A DNA stretch of 64,000 nt from Candidatus Collierbacteria bacterium RIFOXYD2_FULL_45_13 (lineage in GTDB: Bacteria > Patescibacteriota > Microgenomatia > UBA1400 > MFAQ01). The stretch is taken from contig MFAS01000001.1 of the NCBI GenBank assembly GCA_001774685.1, positions 607,557 through 671,556 of the forward strand, written 5' to 3'. The notes beneath the pieces are model-generated. The model made no database searches, was not told where the DNA came from, and saw nothing but the letters and a program-made list of their open reading frames with translations. Both the position numbers and the translations under genes were made by a program. Shown piece after piece: positions 1 to 10,279 of the stretch (position 1 is its first letter; each line of letters opens with the position of its first letter).

Positions 1-732
1 CCATCTGAACTTCTGAAGATTACTTTTGCTATCTATCTCGCCAAATGGCTTGAAGTAGATAGGAATATCAAACAGTTTCTTCTTCTTGTTGGACTAAACT
101 CACTTCTGATTATGCTTCAGCCTGATCTGGGTACAGCCATTATTATTGTTGGAGTATCTTTCCTGATCTACTACCTTTCCGGTGCCAAGCTAAAAGATCT
201 TTTTTCATTTAGTGTCATTCTCCTGGCTGCCATCTCTCTACTTATTCTCTCTTCACCTTATCGTCTGGCTCGGGTTAATACTTTTATGGATCCAACCAGC
301 GATCCTTTGGGTTCTTCTTATCACATCAATCAGGTCCTTTACGGTCTGGGTTCGGGTGGCATGAGCGGGGTTGGACTGGGCCGGTCGAGGCAGAAATACG
401 CCTACCTGCCGGAGGCCACCACGGACTCCATCTTCGTTATCATCGCCGAAGAATTCGGATTTATCGGCAGTACTCTGTTTATCACCGTCCTGGTTGGACT
501 TATTGTGGCTTCATTTAAGGTTTCTCTGTCTGCAAGTGATAAGTTTGATAAACTACTTGGCAGCGGTATCTCTCTATTATTCTTATTACAAATCTTTGTA
601 AATTTAAGTTCTATGGTTGCCCTGACTCCACTAACCGGTATACCTCTCCCATTTATCTCCTATGGAGGCTCATCTTTGGTGACCAATTTTATTGCACTTG
701 GTGTACTAATTAATTTATCCAAACGGACATGA
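1..732 (+). CDS. ftsW: FtsW (SEDS family peptidoglycan polymerase), 5' end outside window
   Basis: Frame 1 is open from base 1 (PSELLK). Motifs QPDLGT, LPEATTDSIF..EEFG and GIPLPFISYGGSS. Directly upstream of murG. Confidence 0.93.
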   Translation, partial: PSELLKITFAIYLAKWLEVDRNIKQFLLLVGLNSLLIMLQPDLGTAIIIVGVSFLIYYLSGAKLKDLFSFSVILLAAISLLILSSPYRLARVNTFMDPTSDPLGSSYHINQVLYGLGSGGMSGVGLGRSRQKYAYLPEATTDSIFVIIAEEFGFIGSTLFITVLVGLIVASFKVSLSASDKFDKLLGSGISLLFLLQIFVNLSSMVALTPLTGIPLPFISYGGSSLVTNFIALGVLINLSKRT

Positions 733-1799
733 AACCCTATATTATTTTTACCGGAGGTCATCACAATAGCGCGCTGGAAGTGGCCAAGATCCTTAGGAAA
801 GAAGGTTATAGAATTATCTGGATCGGACATAAGTTTACGGCTCATGGTGAAAAAAGCCTATCCGCCGAATATCAGGAAATTACCAATAATGGCATCAAGT
901 TCCTGGAGTTAAAAACCGGTAAGTTTTATAAAGAAATTAACCTCATGGAGTGGCTAAAAATAATTTTTGGATTCTTCCAATCCTTTTTATATCTTCTCAG
1001 CTACCGTCCTGCTATCATATTCTCTTCCGGTGGTTATCTTTCCGTACCGGTAGTTATTGCGGGTTGGGCTCTCCGGATACCCTCCATTACTCACGAGCAG
1101 ACCGTCATCTCCGGCTGGGCGAACAAAGCCATCACCCCTTTTGTAAAAAGAATACTTCTAACGCACGCCTCATCTCTTCCCAATTTTCCCGAGGGTAAGT
1201 CGGAAGTGGTTGGTTTACCTATTAGGAAGGAACTGTTCAATACCAAATATACCAAGAAATTTGATCCAAAGTTAATCTATATTACCTGTGGTAAACAAGG
1301 ATCTCATCTTATCAACCAAGCCGTTTTTCCGATAATTCCCAAATTGGTAGAAAAATTTACGGTCATCCACCAGACCGGTTCTAGTACTCTGACCAAAGAT
1401 CTGGAACGAGCTCGGAGAATCAAAGACAAACTTGGAAAATATAAAACTCGTTATGTCCATGCACCATACTTCTTTGCCGAAGAAGCAGCCACTTACATCC
1501 GTTCCGCCTCAATCATTGTCAGCAGATCGGGAGCCCATACAGTGTACGAGCTAATGGTGCTTGGCAAAAAGGCCATCCTAATACCTATATCTTGGGTCTC
1601 TCACAATGAGCAGTATCTTAATGCCCAGTTGGCCGAAAGAGAGATTGGCAGCTCAATCTTGGAAGAACGCGATCTATCTCCGGATAGTTTGTATCAAGCT
1701 ATCATAGAATTAGCCAAGAAGCCTGTAAAAAAAGCTTCCGTCAAACTAGTAACCAATGCTGCTGACAAAATTGCCCAAATCATCCGTCAATCAATCTAA
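729..1799 (+). CDS. murG: MurG, UDP-GlcNAc:lipid I GlcNAc transferase
   Basis: TGGH start, GGYLSVP, HEQT, GKQGS, SRSGA and EQYLNA motifs; dcw position. Confidence 0.93.
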   Translation: MKPYIIFTGGHHNSALEVAKILRKEGYRIIWIGHKFTAHGEKSLSAEYQEITNNGIKFLELKTGKFYKEINLMEWLKIIFGFFQSFLYLLSYRPAIIFSSGGYLSVPVVIAGWALRIPSITHEQTVISGWANKAITPFVKRILLTHASSLPNFPEGKSEVVGLPIRKELFNTKYTKKFDPKLIYITCGKQGSHLINQAVFPIIPKLVEKFTVIHQTGSSTLTKDLERARRIKDKLGKYKTRYVHAPYFFAEEAATYIRSASIIVSRSGAHTVYELMVLGKKAILIPISWVSHNEQYLNAQLAEREIGSSILEERDLSPDSLYQAIIELAKKPVKKASVKLVTNAADKIAQIIRQSI

Positions 1800-2601
1800 A
1801 CGCCTCAGGAGGCGTTTGAGAAACATAATCGATAGTCTCACCCCGCAAAACCATCCCGGCAAGCGAATACTGCCATTTGTTTTATTCATATTATTCCTAT
1901 TTATCACCAACAACCTCTTCACCATTTCTCAAACCGAGTGTCAGCTTGACAGAGAAGTGTGTCCACCGGAAATTGTTCAAAAATTAGATAAATTAACAGG
2001 TTCGAACATTCTATTTTTAAACCAAAAACAGCTCTCCGGGGTGCTAATGGATTCGTTCCCGGTCGAAAAAGTCGGCATTGGTTTCCAAATGTTTAACACT
2101 CTCAAAGTAAATTTAGATGGCGGGCATCCACCAATTCTTACCATGGTTTATCTGGTTAAAGAATTACCGATGGTTTCCGTGGATAAGGCTTCAGGGTCAA
2201 CCGAGTCAGCCGGTTGGCCTAAACCTTCCGAGGAACTTAAGATATTTACTCAAAACGCCAGTCCAAGTAGTTTTGGTATCTGGGACAACGGTCGGATGAC
2301 TCCGGTGGCCACGGATGAAGCAAAGATAATTTACATTCTGTCCAAAAAGCCGGACGAAGAGACGGTTAAATCGCTTTATCGGCTCACAAAAATAGCAAAT
2401 AAATATCTTAACGTTGATTCAATTCTCGTCTTGGGTCAGAGGGTTTTCTTGAGTCAGGCGGACCAACCTGATATTATTGTTAGTGTACCTTTCGATGAGG
2501 AACAGGTAAGCGAGGCAATTAAGTCCTATTCTTATCTCGTTACCCTTAAGAAAGACGTCAAGGTGATTGATTTACGATTTAAAAACCCTATCATAAGATA
2601 A
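1756..2601 (+). CDS. ftsQ: FtsQ/DivIB-like cell division protein
   Basis: Basic N-tail, one TM helix, POTRA-like segment (GSNILF) and C-terminal IDLRF; lies between murG and ftsA. Confidence 0.65.
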   Translation: MLLTKLPKSSVNQSKRLRRRLRNIIDSLTPQNHPGKRILPFVLFILFLFITNNLFTISQTECQLDREVCPPEIVQKLDKLTGSNILFLNQKQLSGVLMDSFPVEKVGIGFQMFNTLKVNLDGGHPPILTMVYLVKELPMVSVDKASGSTESAGWPKPSEELKIFTQNASPSSFGIWDNGRMTPVATDEAKIIYILSKKPDEETVKSLYRLTKIANKYLNVDSILVLGQRVFLSQADQPDIIVSVPFDEEQVSEAIKSYSYLVTLKKDVKVIDLRFKNPIIR

Positions 2602-2602
2602 T

Positions 2603-3877
2603 ATGGCAAAAACTCAGGGGATAAGTGCAATAGATATAGGGTCGAGCAAAATAACTTGTTTGATCTCGGTACCATCGCAAGACACTTCGAAGATTAATGT
2701 CGTCGGTGTCGCTACTGTTCCCAGTAAGGGCGTTCGCAAGGGCCAAATAGTCAATATAGAAGAGTGTGTTAGTGCCATTACCGATTGTGTTGAGTCCGCC
2801 GAACGTATGGCCGGTATTGGTGTCGATACGGCCTATGTCTCAATTTCGGGGGAGCAAATTTCTTCTCAGAATTCCCATGGCTTAGTAGCTATTAGGGAGG
2901 CCGAAGAGGAAATTACCTCCGAAGATGTTTTTCGGGTAATCGAAGCCGCCAGAGCCGTCTCCCTTCCCAGTTCACGAGAAATTATCCACGTACTGCCAAT
3001 AGAATTTGTTGTTGATAGTCAAAAGGGAATAAAAGATCCAACCGGCATGTCCGGCGTTCGTTTGGAAACTGAGGCCCATCTCATTACCGGTCTTTCTCCT
3101 TCAATCAAGAATGTTACCAGGTGCGTCAGTGAGCTTGGCGCCAACGTGTCTGGTCTAGTCTTTACCGGTTTAGCCTCGGCAGAGTCTGTTTTGTCCGAAA
3201 CCGACAAAGAACTTGGTGTAATTTTGGTGGACATTGGTGGCGGCACCACCAGCGTGTGTATTTATCTTGAAGGATCGTGCGTTTATTCATCAGTACTTCC
3301 CATCGGAGCCAAAAAAATTACCGACGATATTGCCATTGGCTTGCAGATAAGTGTCGATGGTGCCGAAAAAATTAAACATTTTGTTAGTCGTCCAAAACAT
3401 GAGAGAGATGAGGGTGAGCAAAAAGTCGCCGATGAAATTGATCTTCTGAAGCTAGGTATCAGCGAAGATGTCAAAAAAGTTTCCCGCAAAACCATCAGCG
3501 AGGGCATCATCAGACCCAGACTGAATGAAATTTTTTCCATGGTAAACAATGTTGTCAAACAATCAGGACTCGAAGGACAGACACCGGCCGGAGTTGTTTT
3601 AACCGGAGGTGGCTCTCTCACCATAAACAGTACAGAAAGTTGCCGGAGAGTCATGCAGCTTCCGGCCAAAATTGGGATTCCGACCGGTTTATCCGGGATG
3701 ATCGAGGAAATATCTACCCCCATCTCCTCGGTCGTGGTTGGACTGGTTCTCTATGGTTACAAAAGAAAAGATGAAACCCCTTCTGGCGGAATCAAGCTAT
3801 CTGGTATGATAAAGGGAATTCCCGGCAAGCAATTTGTTGGGAGGGCGATTGAATTTATAAAATCTTTCTTACCATAA
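2603..3877 (+). CDS. ftsA: Cell division protein FtsA
   Basis: [21 protein letters not shown] and VVLTGGG actin-fold motifs. Confidence 0.97.
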   Translation: MAKTQGISAIDIGSSKITCLISVPSQDTSKINVVGVATVPSKGVRKGQIVNIEECVSAITDCVESAERMAGIGVDTAYVSISGEQISSQNSHGLVAIREAEEEITSEDVFRVIEAARAVSLPSSREIIHVLPIEFVVDSQKGIKDPTGMSGVRLETEAHLITGLSPSIKNVTRCVSELGANVSGLVFTGLASAESVLSETDKELGVILVDIGGGTTSVCIYLEGSCVYSSVLPIGAKKITDDIAIGLQISVDGAEKIKHFVSRPKHERDEGEQKVADEIDLLKLGISEDVKKVSRKTISEGIIRPRLNEIFSMVNNVVKQSGLEGQTPAGVVLTGGGSLTINSTESCRRVMQLPAKIGIPTGLSGMIEEISTPISSVVVGLVLYGYKRKDETPSGGIKLSGMIKGIPGKQFVGRAIEFIKSFLP

Positions 3878-3878
3878 A

Positions 3879-5039
3879 GTGGGTCTAGTCAAACCAGATA
3901 CAAATACTTTTGCCAAGATCAAAGTTCTTGGAGTTGGCGGAGGCGGAAACAACGCCATCAATTCCATGATTTCTTCCGGAAAAATCAAAGGGGTTGAGTT
4001 TATTGCCGTAAATACCGACATGCAAGCTTTGTTGGCCAGTAACGCCGATATAAAATTACAAATTGGTGAAAAAAGTACAAAAGGACTCGGATCCGGGTCA
4101 AATCCTGAAGTTGGCCAAATGGCCGCAGAAGAATCCCGGGAAAAAATTAAGGAGGTCCTTTCAGGAGCCGACATGATCTTTATCACTGCCGGCGAAGGTG
4201 GTGGCACGGGTACGGGCGCTGCACCCGTTATTGCCGAAATCGCCAAGAAAGATGTCGGAGCCCTCACGGTTGCTGTTGTTACCAAGCCGTTTCTTTTTGA
4301 AGGAGCCCGCCGTAGGGTTCAGGCAGAAGAGGGGATTGAGAAGCTCAAGGAAAATGTCGACACCTTGATAATTATCCCTAACCAGAGACTTATGGACGTA
4401 GTTAAAAAGGATCAGACTCTTCTAGAGGCCTTCAAAACGGCCGACTCGGTTCTTGGACAAGGAGTTCAAAGCATCTCTGATTTGATTACCATTCCCGGTC
4501 TGGTAAACGTGGACTTTGCTGACGTCAAATCAGTCATGACCAACGCCGGTTCGGCTCTCATGGGGGTTGGTCGTTCATCGGGAGAAAAACGAGCCATTAT
4601 CGCCGCCAACGCCGCCATTAGTTCTCCGTTACTTGAGGTAAGTATTGACGGCGCCAAAGGCATCTTGTTCAACATTGCCGGAGGAGAAAGCCTGACCCTT
4701 TCGGAAATTAACGAGGCCTCTTCCATCATTACCCAGTCCGCCGATCCGGATGCCAATATCATTTTCGGCACGACCATTCGAGATGATCTCGGGGAGGACA
4801 TTCAAATTTCCGTGATTGCCGCAGGATTTGACAGTCTTCGTCATTACAACCCCGTTTCAAGCTCCGATAATTACTACAAACCATCTTCGTCGGAGGCCAC
4901 CACCAATGTGCCGGAAATCGTACCCGAACCGGCAAATCCTCCAAAAAGCTCTCCGGCCGGAAAATATAAACTTCAGCACGACGAGGTCAGTATCGAAGAC
5001 GATCTCGATATCCCTACCTTTCTGCGGAACAAGTTCTAA
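3879..5039 (+). CDS. ftsZ: Cell division protein FtsZ (GTG start)
   Basis: [16 protein letters not shown] tubulin signature, VNVDFADV and C-terminal DIPTFLR. Confidence 0.99.
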   Translation: MGLVKPDTNTFAKIKVLGVGGGGNNAINSMISSGKIKGVEFIAVNTDMQALLASNADIKLQIGEKSTKGLGSGSNPEVGQMAAEESREKIKEVLSGADMIFITAGEGGGTGTGAAPVIAEIAKKDVGALTVAVVTKPFLFEGARRRVQAEEGIEKLKENVDTLIIIPNQRLMDVVKKDQTLLEAFKTADSVLGQGVQSISDLITIPGLVNVDFADVKSVMTNAGSALMGVGRSSGEKRAIIAANAAISSPLLEVSIDGAKGILFNIAGGESLTLSEINEASSIITQSADPDANIIFGTTIRDDLGEDIQISVIAAGFDSLRHYNPVSSSDNYYKPSSSEATTNVPEIVPEPANPPKSSPAGKYKLQHDEVSIEDDLDIPTFLRNKF

Positions 5040-5142
5040 CCCAAATTACCCTATATTGACTTTCGATGTGCTATAGCCTAAAATATATAGGTTCTTATCT
5101 CGCAAACTTAAAAAAATCAAAATATCGTAGAAAGGAGGCTAA

Positions 5143-5790
5143 ATGTCCTGGAATCTTAAGCAAAACGAGCGCGAACGCCGAGAAAGAGAAGCCGAGGAAG
5201 ACGCCCGGGAAGAGGAGTACTTTCGGGAACTCCGTCACGAGCGTCACAGCCATCGCCGACCCAAAGAACCGATATGGCGTATATACCTCTTTATCATCTT
5301 GGCAGTGAGCATGTCCACCTTCGGACTGACCTCGTATTATTATCCGGAGTTGCTACAACCGCGGCCAACGCGAACTACTCCAGAAAATCTACCTTCCACC
5401 TTTGAATTGACGCCCTCCTTGGCTGTTTCACCCCAGCTAACCGAACCGCCTACCGTGGAAAATATCGTTCAGGACACAGTTAGTGATCAGGTCTGGAGCT
5501 ATGTTCCAATCGTGGTGAATGGATATGTGCAGGCTTTCTTCATGTGGATGCCCGGAGATTCGATAAATGCTCCGTATCTGGCCAACCTCCCCCTCTCGAA
5601 GCAACTCGACTGCTCACCAGAGCACCTCATCGTTCAGGACATACCAGACTCAGCTGCCACGGTGTATCTAATTAGTACTGGTCAGACGGAGGACGTGACG
5701 GTGTCAATCTTCCCAGGCGAAATTTCGTCGGTCACTCAGATCGCCTTTGTTTGTCAGCCAGGAGAGGTCTTCTCTCTTCGCTGGAATTAA
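5143..5790 (+). CDS. Hypothetical bitopic membrane protein
   Basis: SD AAGGAGG upstream; charged N-terminus, one TM helix, Pro/Thr linker and beta-rich C-domain; followed by a terminator. Confidence 0.7.
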   Translation: MSWNLKQNERERREREAEEDAREEEYFRELRHERHSHRRPKEPIWRIYLFIILAVSMSTFGLTSYYYPELLQPRPTRTTPENLPSTFELTPSLAVSPQLTEPPTVENIVQDTVSDQVWSYVPIVVNGYVQAFFMWMPGDSINAPYLANLPLSKQLDCSPEHLIVQDIPDSAATVYLISTGQTEDVTVSIFPGEISSVTQIAFVCQPGEVFSLRWN

Positions 5791-5794
5791 CTTT

Positions 5795-5820
5795 AAAGCC
5801 CGCCATTCCGGCGGGCTTTT
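5795..5820 (+). terminator. Intrinsic terminator
   Basis: aaagcccgcc-attcc-ggcgggctttt hairpin with T tract. Confidence 0.8.
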
Positions 5821-5843
5821 GCGTTATAATCTCCTAACTTAGA

Positions 5844-6950
5844 ATGAAAAAAGAAAAAAGTGCTCTGGATCGATCTCGACTTGAAAAGAATCCAGATTAT
5901 TATGCAGTGGAAAGTGATGATGCGGTGGTGCATATGGTGACGGAAATATTAGAAGAGACCATTTTTGGACAGCCCACTGCTTGTGTCGAAGTAGCCAAAC
6001 CCATCGCTAGATTTATTTGCGGCTTGGATGATCCCTCTAGGCCGATATATGTCGGTCTATTTCTTGGAGAATCCGGCGTGGGAAAGACAGAAATGGGGGT
6101 CGCCGTCTCCAAAGTATTTGATCCCCAATATCCCGAGGAACGACTAAAGATCATCGACTGTAACATGTTTCAACAGAGTCATGATGTTCAAAGAATCTTG
6201 GGTGCCCCGCCTTCTTATGTTGGTTATGGTGACGAACCACTAATAAACAAGGAATTCTTGGCTCAGCCCAACGTCCTCGTTTTCGACGAGGTTGAAAAGG
6301 CCGATACCGCCCTTCACCGGCTTCTTTTGAGAATAATGGATAAGGCGAGACTGGATATAAACGAAAGCGAAGAAGATCGAATGATGTATGTGGAGGAAGA
6401 AGGTGAACTCCCCGGTTTAGATTTTTCCAACTCGGTTATTCTTCTGACCTCCAACCTCGGCTCGGATGAAATAAAGAGTATTCGATCCGGCAATCGGAGC
6501 ATGGGGTTTGTTAGAGATAACCCTGGTACACGACAAAGGAATATCCAGGCGGCCGGCCTGGCTGCTGCAGATAAATTCTGGCATCACATGCCGGAGTTTC
6601 TCAACCGCATCGACTCCACAGTTGTTTTTAACTCACTCACCCCCGAAGTTGTTCATAAAATATTTGATAAGTTCTTGAATGAATTTACCCATATCCGTGA
6701 AGCGGATGGTACCCAAATAATGGCTACCAATCAGTTGAGAGACTGGATTATAGCCCAGACCGATATCTGCAAGGCCGGCAGAGAACTCAAGAGAAGAATA
6801 AATGAATTGATTATTACTCCGGCCGCAGGAGTTAAGTTTAAAATCCCCAAAGGAGTCCCTCTCATCGCCGATATCAGCCGGGACGAACCTAAGCGGGTCA
6901 TTTTTTGGCTGAGCAAAACCATGGTCAACTCCGCCTCTGGGGCAAAATAA
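5844..6950 (+). CDS. Stand-alone ClpA/ClpB D2-type AAA+ ATPase
   Basis: GQ, Walker A GESGVGKT, pore loop GAPPSYVGY, Walker B VLVFDEVEKA, DFSNSVILLTSNLG and PEFLNRID. No N-domain or D1. Confidence 0.85.
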   Translation: MKKEKSALDRSRLEKNPDYYAVESDDAVVHMVTEILEETIFGQPTACVEVAKPIARFICGLDDPSRPIYVGLFLGESGVGKTEMGVAVSKVFDPQYPEERLKIIDCNMFQQSHDVQRILGAPPSYVGYGDEPLINKEFLAQPNVLVFDEVEKADTALHRLLLRIMDKARLDINESEEDRMMYVEEEGELPGLDFSNSVILLTSNLGSDEIKSIRSGNRSMGFVRDNPGTRQRNIQAAGLAAADKFWHHMPEFLNRIDSTVVFNSLTPEVVHKIFDKFLNEFTHIREADGTQIMATNQLRDWIIAQTDICKAGRELKRRINELIITPAAGVKFKIPKGVPLIADISRDEPKRVIFWLSKTMVNSASGAK

Positions 6951-6984
6951 CAACAAGCACCCGCCACTGTAATATAATATCTTT

Positions 6985-7242
6985 ATGCCCAAAAAATCAA
7001 AGACTGCCGAAGAAACCATCAAAGTCACCGGAGAAGATCTGATCAAGACCGTCAAAGATCTCATCGCTCAAGGCAACGTTCGCCATATCACCATCAAGGA
7101 TAAAGATGAGAAAACCGTGATGGAGTTCCCTCTGACCATCGGCGTGGTTGGTGCCGTCTTCCTTCCTGTTTTGGCCGCCGTTGGCGCCGTCGCCGCTCTG
7201 ATAGGGGAGTGCACCATCTCCGTCGACCGCATCAAAAAATAA
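6985..7242 (+). CDS. DUF4342-like small protein
   Basis: VKDLIAQGNVRHITIK..EFPLTIG..LAAVGAVAAL..CTI pattern. Confidence 0.8.
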   Translation: MPKKSKTAEETIKVTGEDLIKTVKDLIAQGNVRHITIKDKDEKTVMEFPLTIGVVGAVFLPVLAAVGAVAALIGECTISVDRIKK

Positions 7243-7269
7243 CCCTAATCCCAAAAATGTCCCATAACG

Positions 7270-7298
7270 TTGACTTTTGCGTGTCCTAGTAGTATAAT
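7270..7298 (+). promoter_or_regulatory. Sigma70-type promoter
   Basis: TTGACT-N17-TATAAT. Confidence 0.75.
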
Positions 7299-7350
7299 AG
7301 GCACAGTTCGAGTAACAGTGCGTACGCCCTTTAAAGACAAGGAGAGATCA

Positions 7351-7599
7351 ATGACCAAATCTGAGCTTGAGAAAATGTTTGTGGGGAAACGCGTTCGGAT
7401 CAGCCATACTGGAAATTATGACCCGGACCGTGAAGGTATCTGTGTCGCTATTCATGCCACGCAGGGGCTTTCGCCTTTTGACATTGAACTGGATGACGAA
7501 TCGCGATACGGCTTTAAGCCCACGACTGTCACGGCCACTTCATGTGCAGGTGATCTGATGGCGTTAGCCGGGGGAACACGCAAAATCGAAGTCATGTAG
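7351..7599 (+). CDS. Hypothetical small protein (SH3/KOW-like pattern)
   Basis: SD AAGGAG before ATG 7351; VGKRVRI...EGICVAI...DIELD. Confidence 0.55.
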   Translation: MTKSELEKMFVGKRVRISHTGNYDPDREGICVAIHATQGLSPFDIELDDESRYGFKPTTVTATSCAGDLMALAGGTRKIEVM

Positions 7600-7637
7600 C
7601 CGTCCTAAAAATTCTAGTAATAATAAGAGGAGAAGGT

Positions 7638-7955
7638 ATGAAAAAAAAGATCTGGATTGCTACTACGACATTCTTTGCCCTTTCCCTGATTTTGGTGGCC
7701 TGCAGTGCTCGGGATCAGGCTCGTTGGAAAGGTACCATTGAGCTCGGGGACCTTCCCGCCGACATGTTGTACGTTGACGGTGTCCCTCAGATCATCACTA
7801 TCAGCACCGAAAGTGATGGGGACGTCGTTATGGCTTACCGGGCAGACGACGGTAATGTGTATGCTCAGCTATATGGCTGCGCCGTCATCAGTGTTAACTG
7901 CGGTAAGCTCTACGAACAAGGCCGCTATCAGTGGACGATTCCCGAAGGTAAGTAG
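7638..7955 (+). CDS. Hypothetical exported protein or lipoprotein
   Basis: SD GAGGAG; MKKK plus hydrophobic stretch plus LVAC lipobox. Confidence 0.65.
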   Translation: MKKKIWIATTTFFALSLILVACSARDQARWKGTIELGDLPADMLYVDGVPQIITISTESDGDVVMAYRADDGNVYAQLYGCAVISVNCGKLYEQGRYQWTIPEGK

Positions 7956-7971
7956 CCTGCTTAAGGCCAGC

Positions 7972-8000
7972 ACCTCTCTGTGAAAACAGGGAGGTTTTTT
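7972..8000 (+). terminator. Intrinsic terminator
   Basis: acctctctgt-gaaa-acagggaggt followed by T tract. Confidence 0.8.
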
Positions 8001-8006
8001 ATTATC

Positions 8007-8058
8007 TTGACCATTCGGGTATTGTTTGGTTTAATGAAAGTATTCGGGATTTCTTCGG
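8007..8058 (+). promoter_or_regulatory. Promoter with two direct-repeat operator boxes (putative LexA/SOS boxes)
   Basis: TTGACC(8007)-N17-TTTAAT(8030). TTCGG-N6-TTTGG at 8014-8029 and TTCGG-N6-TTCGG at 8043-8058, upstream of the dinB operon. Confidence 0.7.
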
Positions 8059-8067
8059 AAACAAACT

Positions 8068-8328
8068 ATGATTCAAAAAATATCCGCCCCTGTCTCGGTC
8101 GAAACCGTTTATGACCATCGCAAGCGAACCATTGCACCTAGACGTATTTTTTGGGATGGCCAGATTTTTCGGATCGCCCAGGTTGGTCTTCATCACACCT
8201 TTCGTGAGGGTCGCACTTTATTTCACATTTTTTCGGTCACTGCTCAAAATCTCTCTTTTAGATTAAGGCTGGACACCGACTCATTATTTTGGACTTTAGA
8301 AGAAATCTCCGATGGGCTTACCAATTAA
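8068..8328 (+). CDS. Small beta-rich protein coupled to dinB (DUF6504/ImuB-C-like)
   Basis: P-x-x-x-x-W-x-G-x-x-F-x-I ... F-S-V ... F-x-L-x-L-D ... W-x-L pattern; overlaps the dinB start. Confidence 0.7.
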   Translation: MIQKISAPVSVETVYDHRKRTIAPRRIFWDGQIFRIAQVGLHHTFREGRTLFHIFSVTAQNLSFRLRLDTDSLFWTLEEISDGLTN

Positions 8329-9556
8329 GCCTGCCCGCCTGGGTGGGCTAGACTTCAACCCTGCTCCATCCACGGTCATGCACATTGACCTCAATTCTTG
8401 TTTTGCCACTATCGAGCAGCAAGCCAATCCACTTCTCCGCGGCAAACCAATCGCTGTGGCCGCTTACGACAGCCCCAACGGTTGCATCCTCGCTCCTTCG
8501 GTCCAAGCCAAGAAGCTTGGTATCAAGGTCGGTATGCACGTCAAGGATGGACGCCTTCTCTGTCCGGATCTTATCGTCCTCCCTTCAGATCCGGATAAAT
8601 ACCGGTCGGTCCACCTTGGTCTCAAAAAAGTTTTATCCGTCTACACTCCGGACATCGTTCCCAAGTCTATCGATGAGTTCGTTTTGAATTTTGCCGGAAC
8701 CCCGGCTCTCAGAAGAGGCCTCTTCTTTATCGGCCAAGAAATCAAGGATCGTATCAGGAATGAAGTAGGGGATTATCTGACGGTTTCTATCGGTCTTGGA
8801 CCAAATCGTTTTCTCGCCAAGACGGCCAGCAATCTTCATAAGCCGGATGGTCTCGACGAGATTGATAAAAATAATTTTTTGAAAATATACGATAGTCTCA
8901 CCCTTACGGATCTCACGGGCATAGCCAGACAAAATGCTATCCGTTTAAATTCAGCCGGTATTTACACGGTCTTGGATTTTTTCCACGCCGACCTACGAAC
9001 CTTACGGGCGGCTTTTCGTTCCATCTCGGATTACTACTGGTTTGTTCGCCTTCGGGGCTGGGAAATAGACGATGTTGATTGGGGAGTCAAGAGTTTTGGT
9101 CACTCTTATGCTCTCCCAAAGTTTCTGACCAAGCCGGAAGAGTTGGCCCCTATTCTAACGAAGCTAGTAGAGAAGCTTGGTTTCCGGATGCGCCGGGAAG
9201 GCTACCAAGCAAGAGGAGTACATCTGGCAGTTCTTTTTCGTGACCACGAGTTTTGGCACCAGGGCCTCAAACTGGATCAGCCCCTTTTTTTAAGTCAGGA
9301 TATCTATCGGGTAGCCTACCGCCTGCTTTCACATTCTCCCTACCACTTACCGGTTCGCAACTTAGCCGTTTCTTGTTTTGGTCTTTCGGAAAGAGACTCT
9401 CTGCAGCTGGGTCTGTTTGAAGACAAAATAAAAAAAGAATCTTTGGTGTCGGCGATAGACGATATCAACGATCGGTGGGGCAACTTCGTTATTACTCCGG
9501 CCCTCATGGCCAATATGGGAGATGTCATCAAAGATCGAATAAGTTTTGGTAAATGA
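8312..9556 (+). CDS. dinB: Y-family DNA polymerase IV
   Basis: HIDLNSCFATIEQ, SIDE and AKTASNLHKPDG motifs; C-terminal QLGLF clamp-binding motif and D-x-I-N-x-R-W-G. Confidence 0.93.
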   Translation: MGLPIKPARLGGLDFNPAPSTVMHIDLNSCFATIEQQANPLLRGKPIAVAAYDSPNGCILAPSVQAKKLGIKVGMHVKDGRLLCPDLIVLPSDPDKYRSVHLGLKKVLSVYTPDIVPKSIDEFVLNFAGTPALRRGLFFIGQEIKDRIRNEVGDYLTVSIGLGPNRFLAKTASNLHKPDGLDEIDKNNFLKIYDSLTLTDLTGIARQNAIRLNSAGIYTVLDFFHADLRTLRAAFRSISDYYWFVRLRGWEIDDVDWGVKSFGHSYALPKFLTKPEELAPILTKLVEKLGFRMRREGYQARGVHLAVLFRDHEFWHQGLKLDQPLFLSQDIYRVAYRLLSHSPYHLPVRNLAVSCFGLSERDSLQLGLFEDKIKKESLVSAIDDINDRWGNFVITPALMANMGDVIKDRISFGK

Positions 9557-9573
9557 TGTAAACTGGTTTCAGT

Positions 9574-10278
9574 ATGTCCGAAACCTTACAGATAAACTCG
9601 GTTACCAAAAGCTTCGGCAGGCTAGTCGCTGTCAGTGGTGTTTCTCTGCAAGTGAAGCCCGGCACGGTTTACGCCCTAATCGGTCCAAACGGTTCCGGTA
9701 AAACCACTCTTGTTAACTGCATCGTTGGACTTCTCAAGCCGGATAAGGGGGAGGTGTTAATTAACGGGATAGATATTCAAAAAAAGCCAATCACCGCAAA
9801 ACATCTTTTTTCATATATTTCCGACAATCCGGCCATTTATCCCTATCTCTCCGGTTTAGAGTTTATCCGACTTAGCGCCAAGCTGCACGGTTTAAGTCAA
9901 GATGAGACAGAGAATAAACTCACCGAACTAAAGAAGATTTTTCCTATCGAAGATATTTTGGAATCCCGTACCGAAAGCTACTCACGTGGAAACATCGAAA
10001 AAACCGCTTTTCTTTCGGCCATCATTGCTAACCCTAAGCTTCTGGTAATCGACGAACCCATTGTCGGACTTGATCCTACCAGCGTGGAAACTTTTGGAGA
10101 GTCTCTTCGTCAGCTTACCCGTAGTGGTTCTTCGGTTTTTCTGTCCACCCACACCCTCAGTTTTGTCAAAAAGTATGCTGATATGGTTGGAATCATTCAC
10201 CGCGGCAAGCTGATACGAGAGATGAAGGTTGGGCCAAAGACTAATCTGGAAGAAATATATCTTGAGGAAACCTCTTAA
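9574..10278 (+). CDS. ABC transporter ATP-binding protein
   Basis: GPNGSGKT, degenerate signature YSRGN, LLVIDEP and STH. Confidence 0.92.
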   Translation: MSETLQINSVTKSFGRLVAVSGVSLQVKPGTVYALIGPNGSGKTTLVNCIVGLLKPDKGEVLINGIDIQKKPITAKHLFSYISDNPAIYPYLSGLEFIRLSAKLHGLSQDETENKLTELKKIFPIEDILESRTESYSRGNIEKTAFLSAIIANPKLLVIDEPIVGLDPTSVETFGESLRQLTRSGSSVFLSTHTLSFVKKYADMVGIIHRGKLIREMKVGPKTNLEEIYLEETS

Positions 10279-10279
10279 T

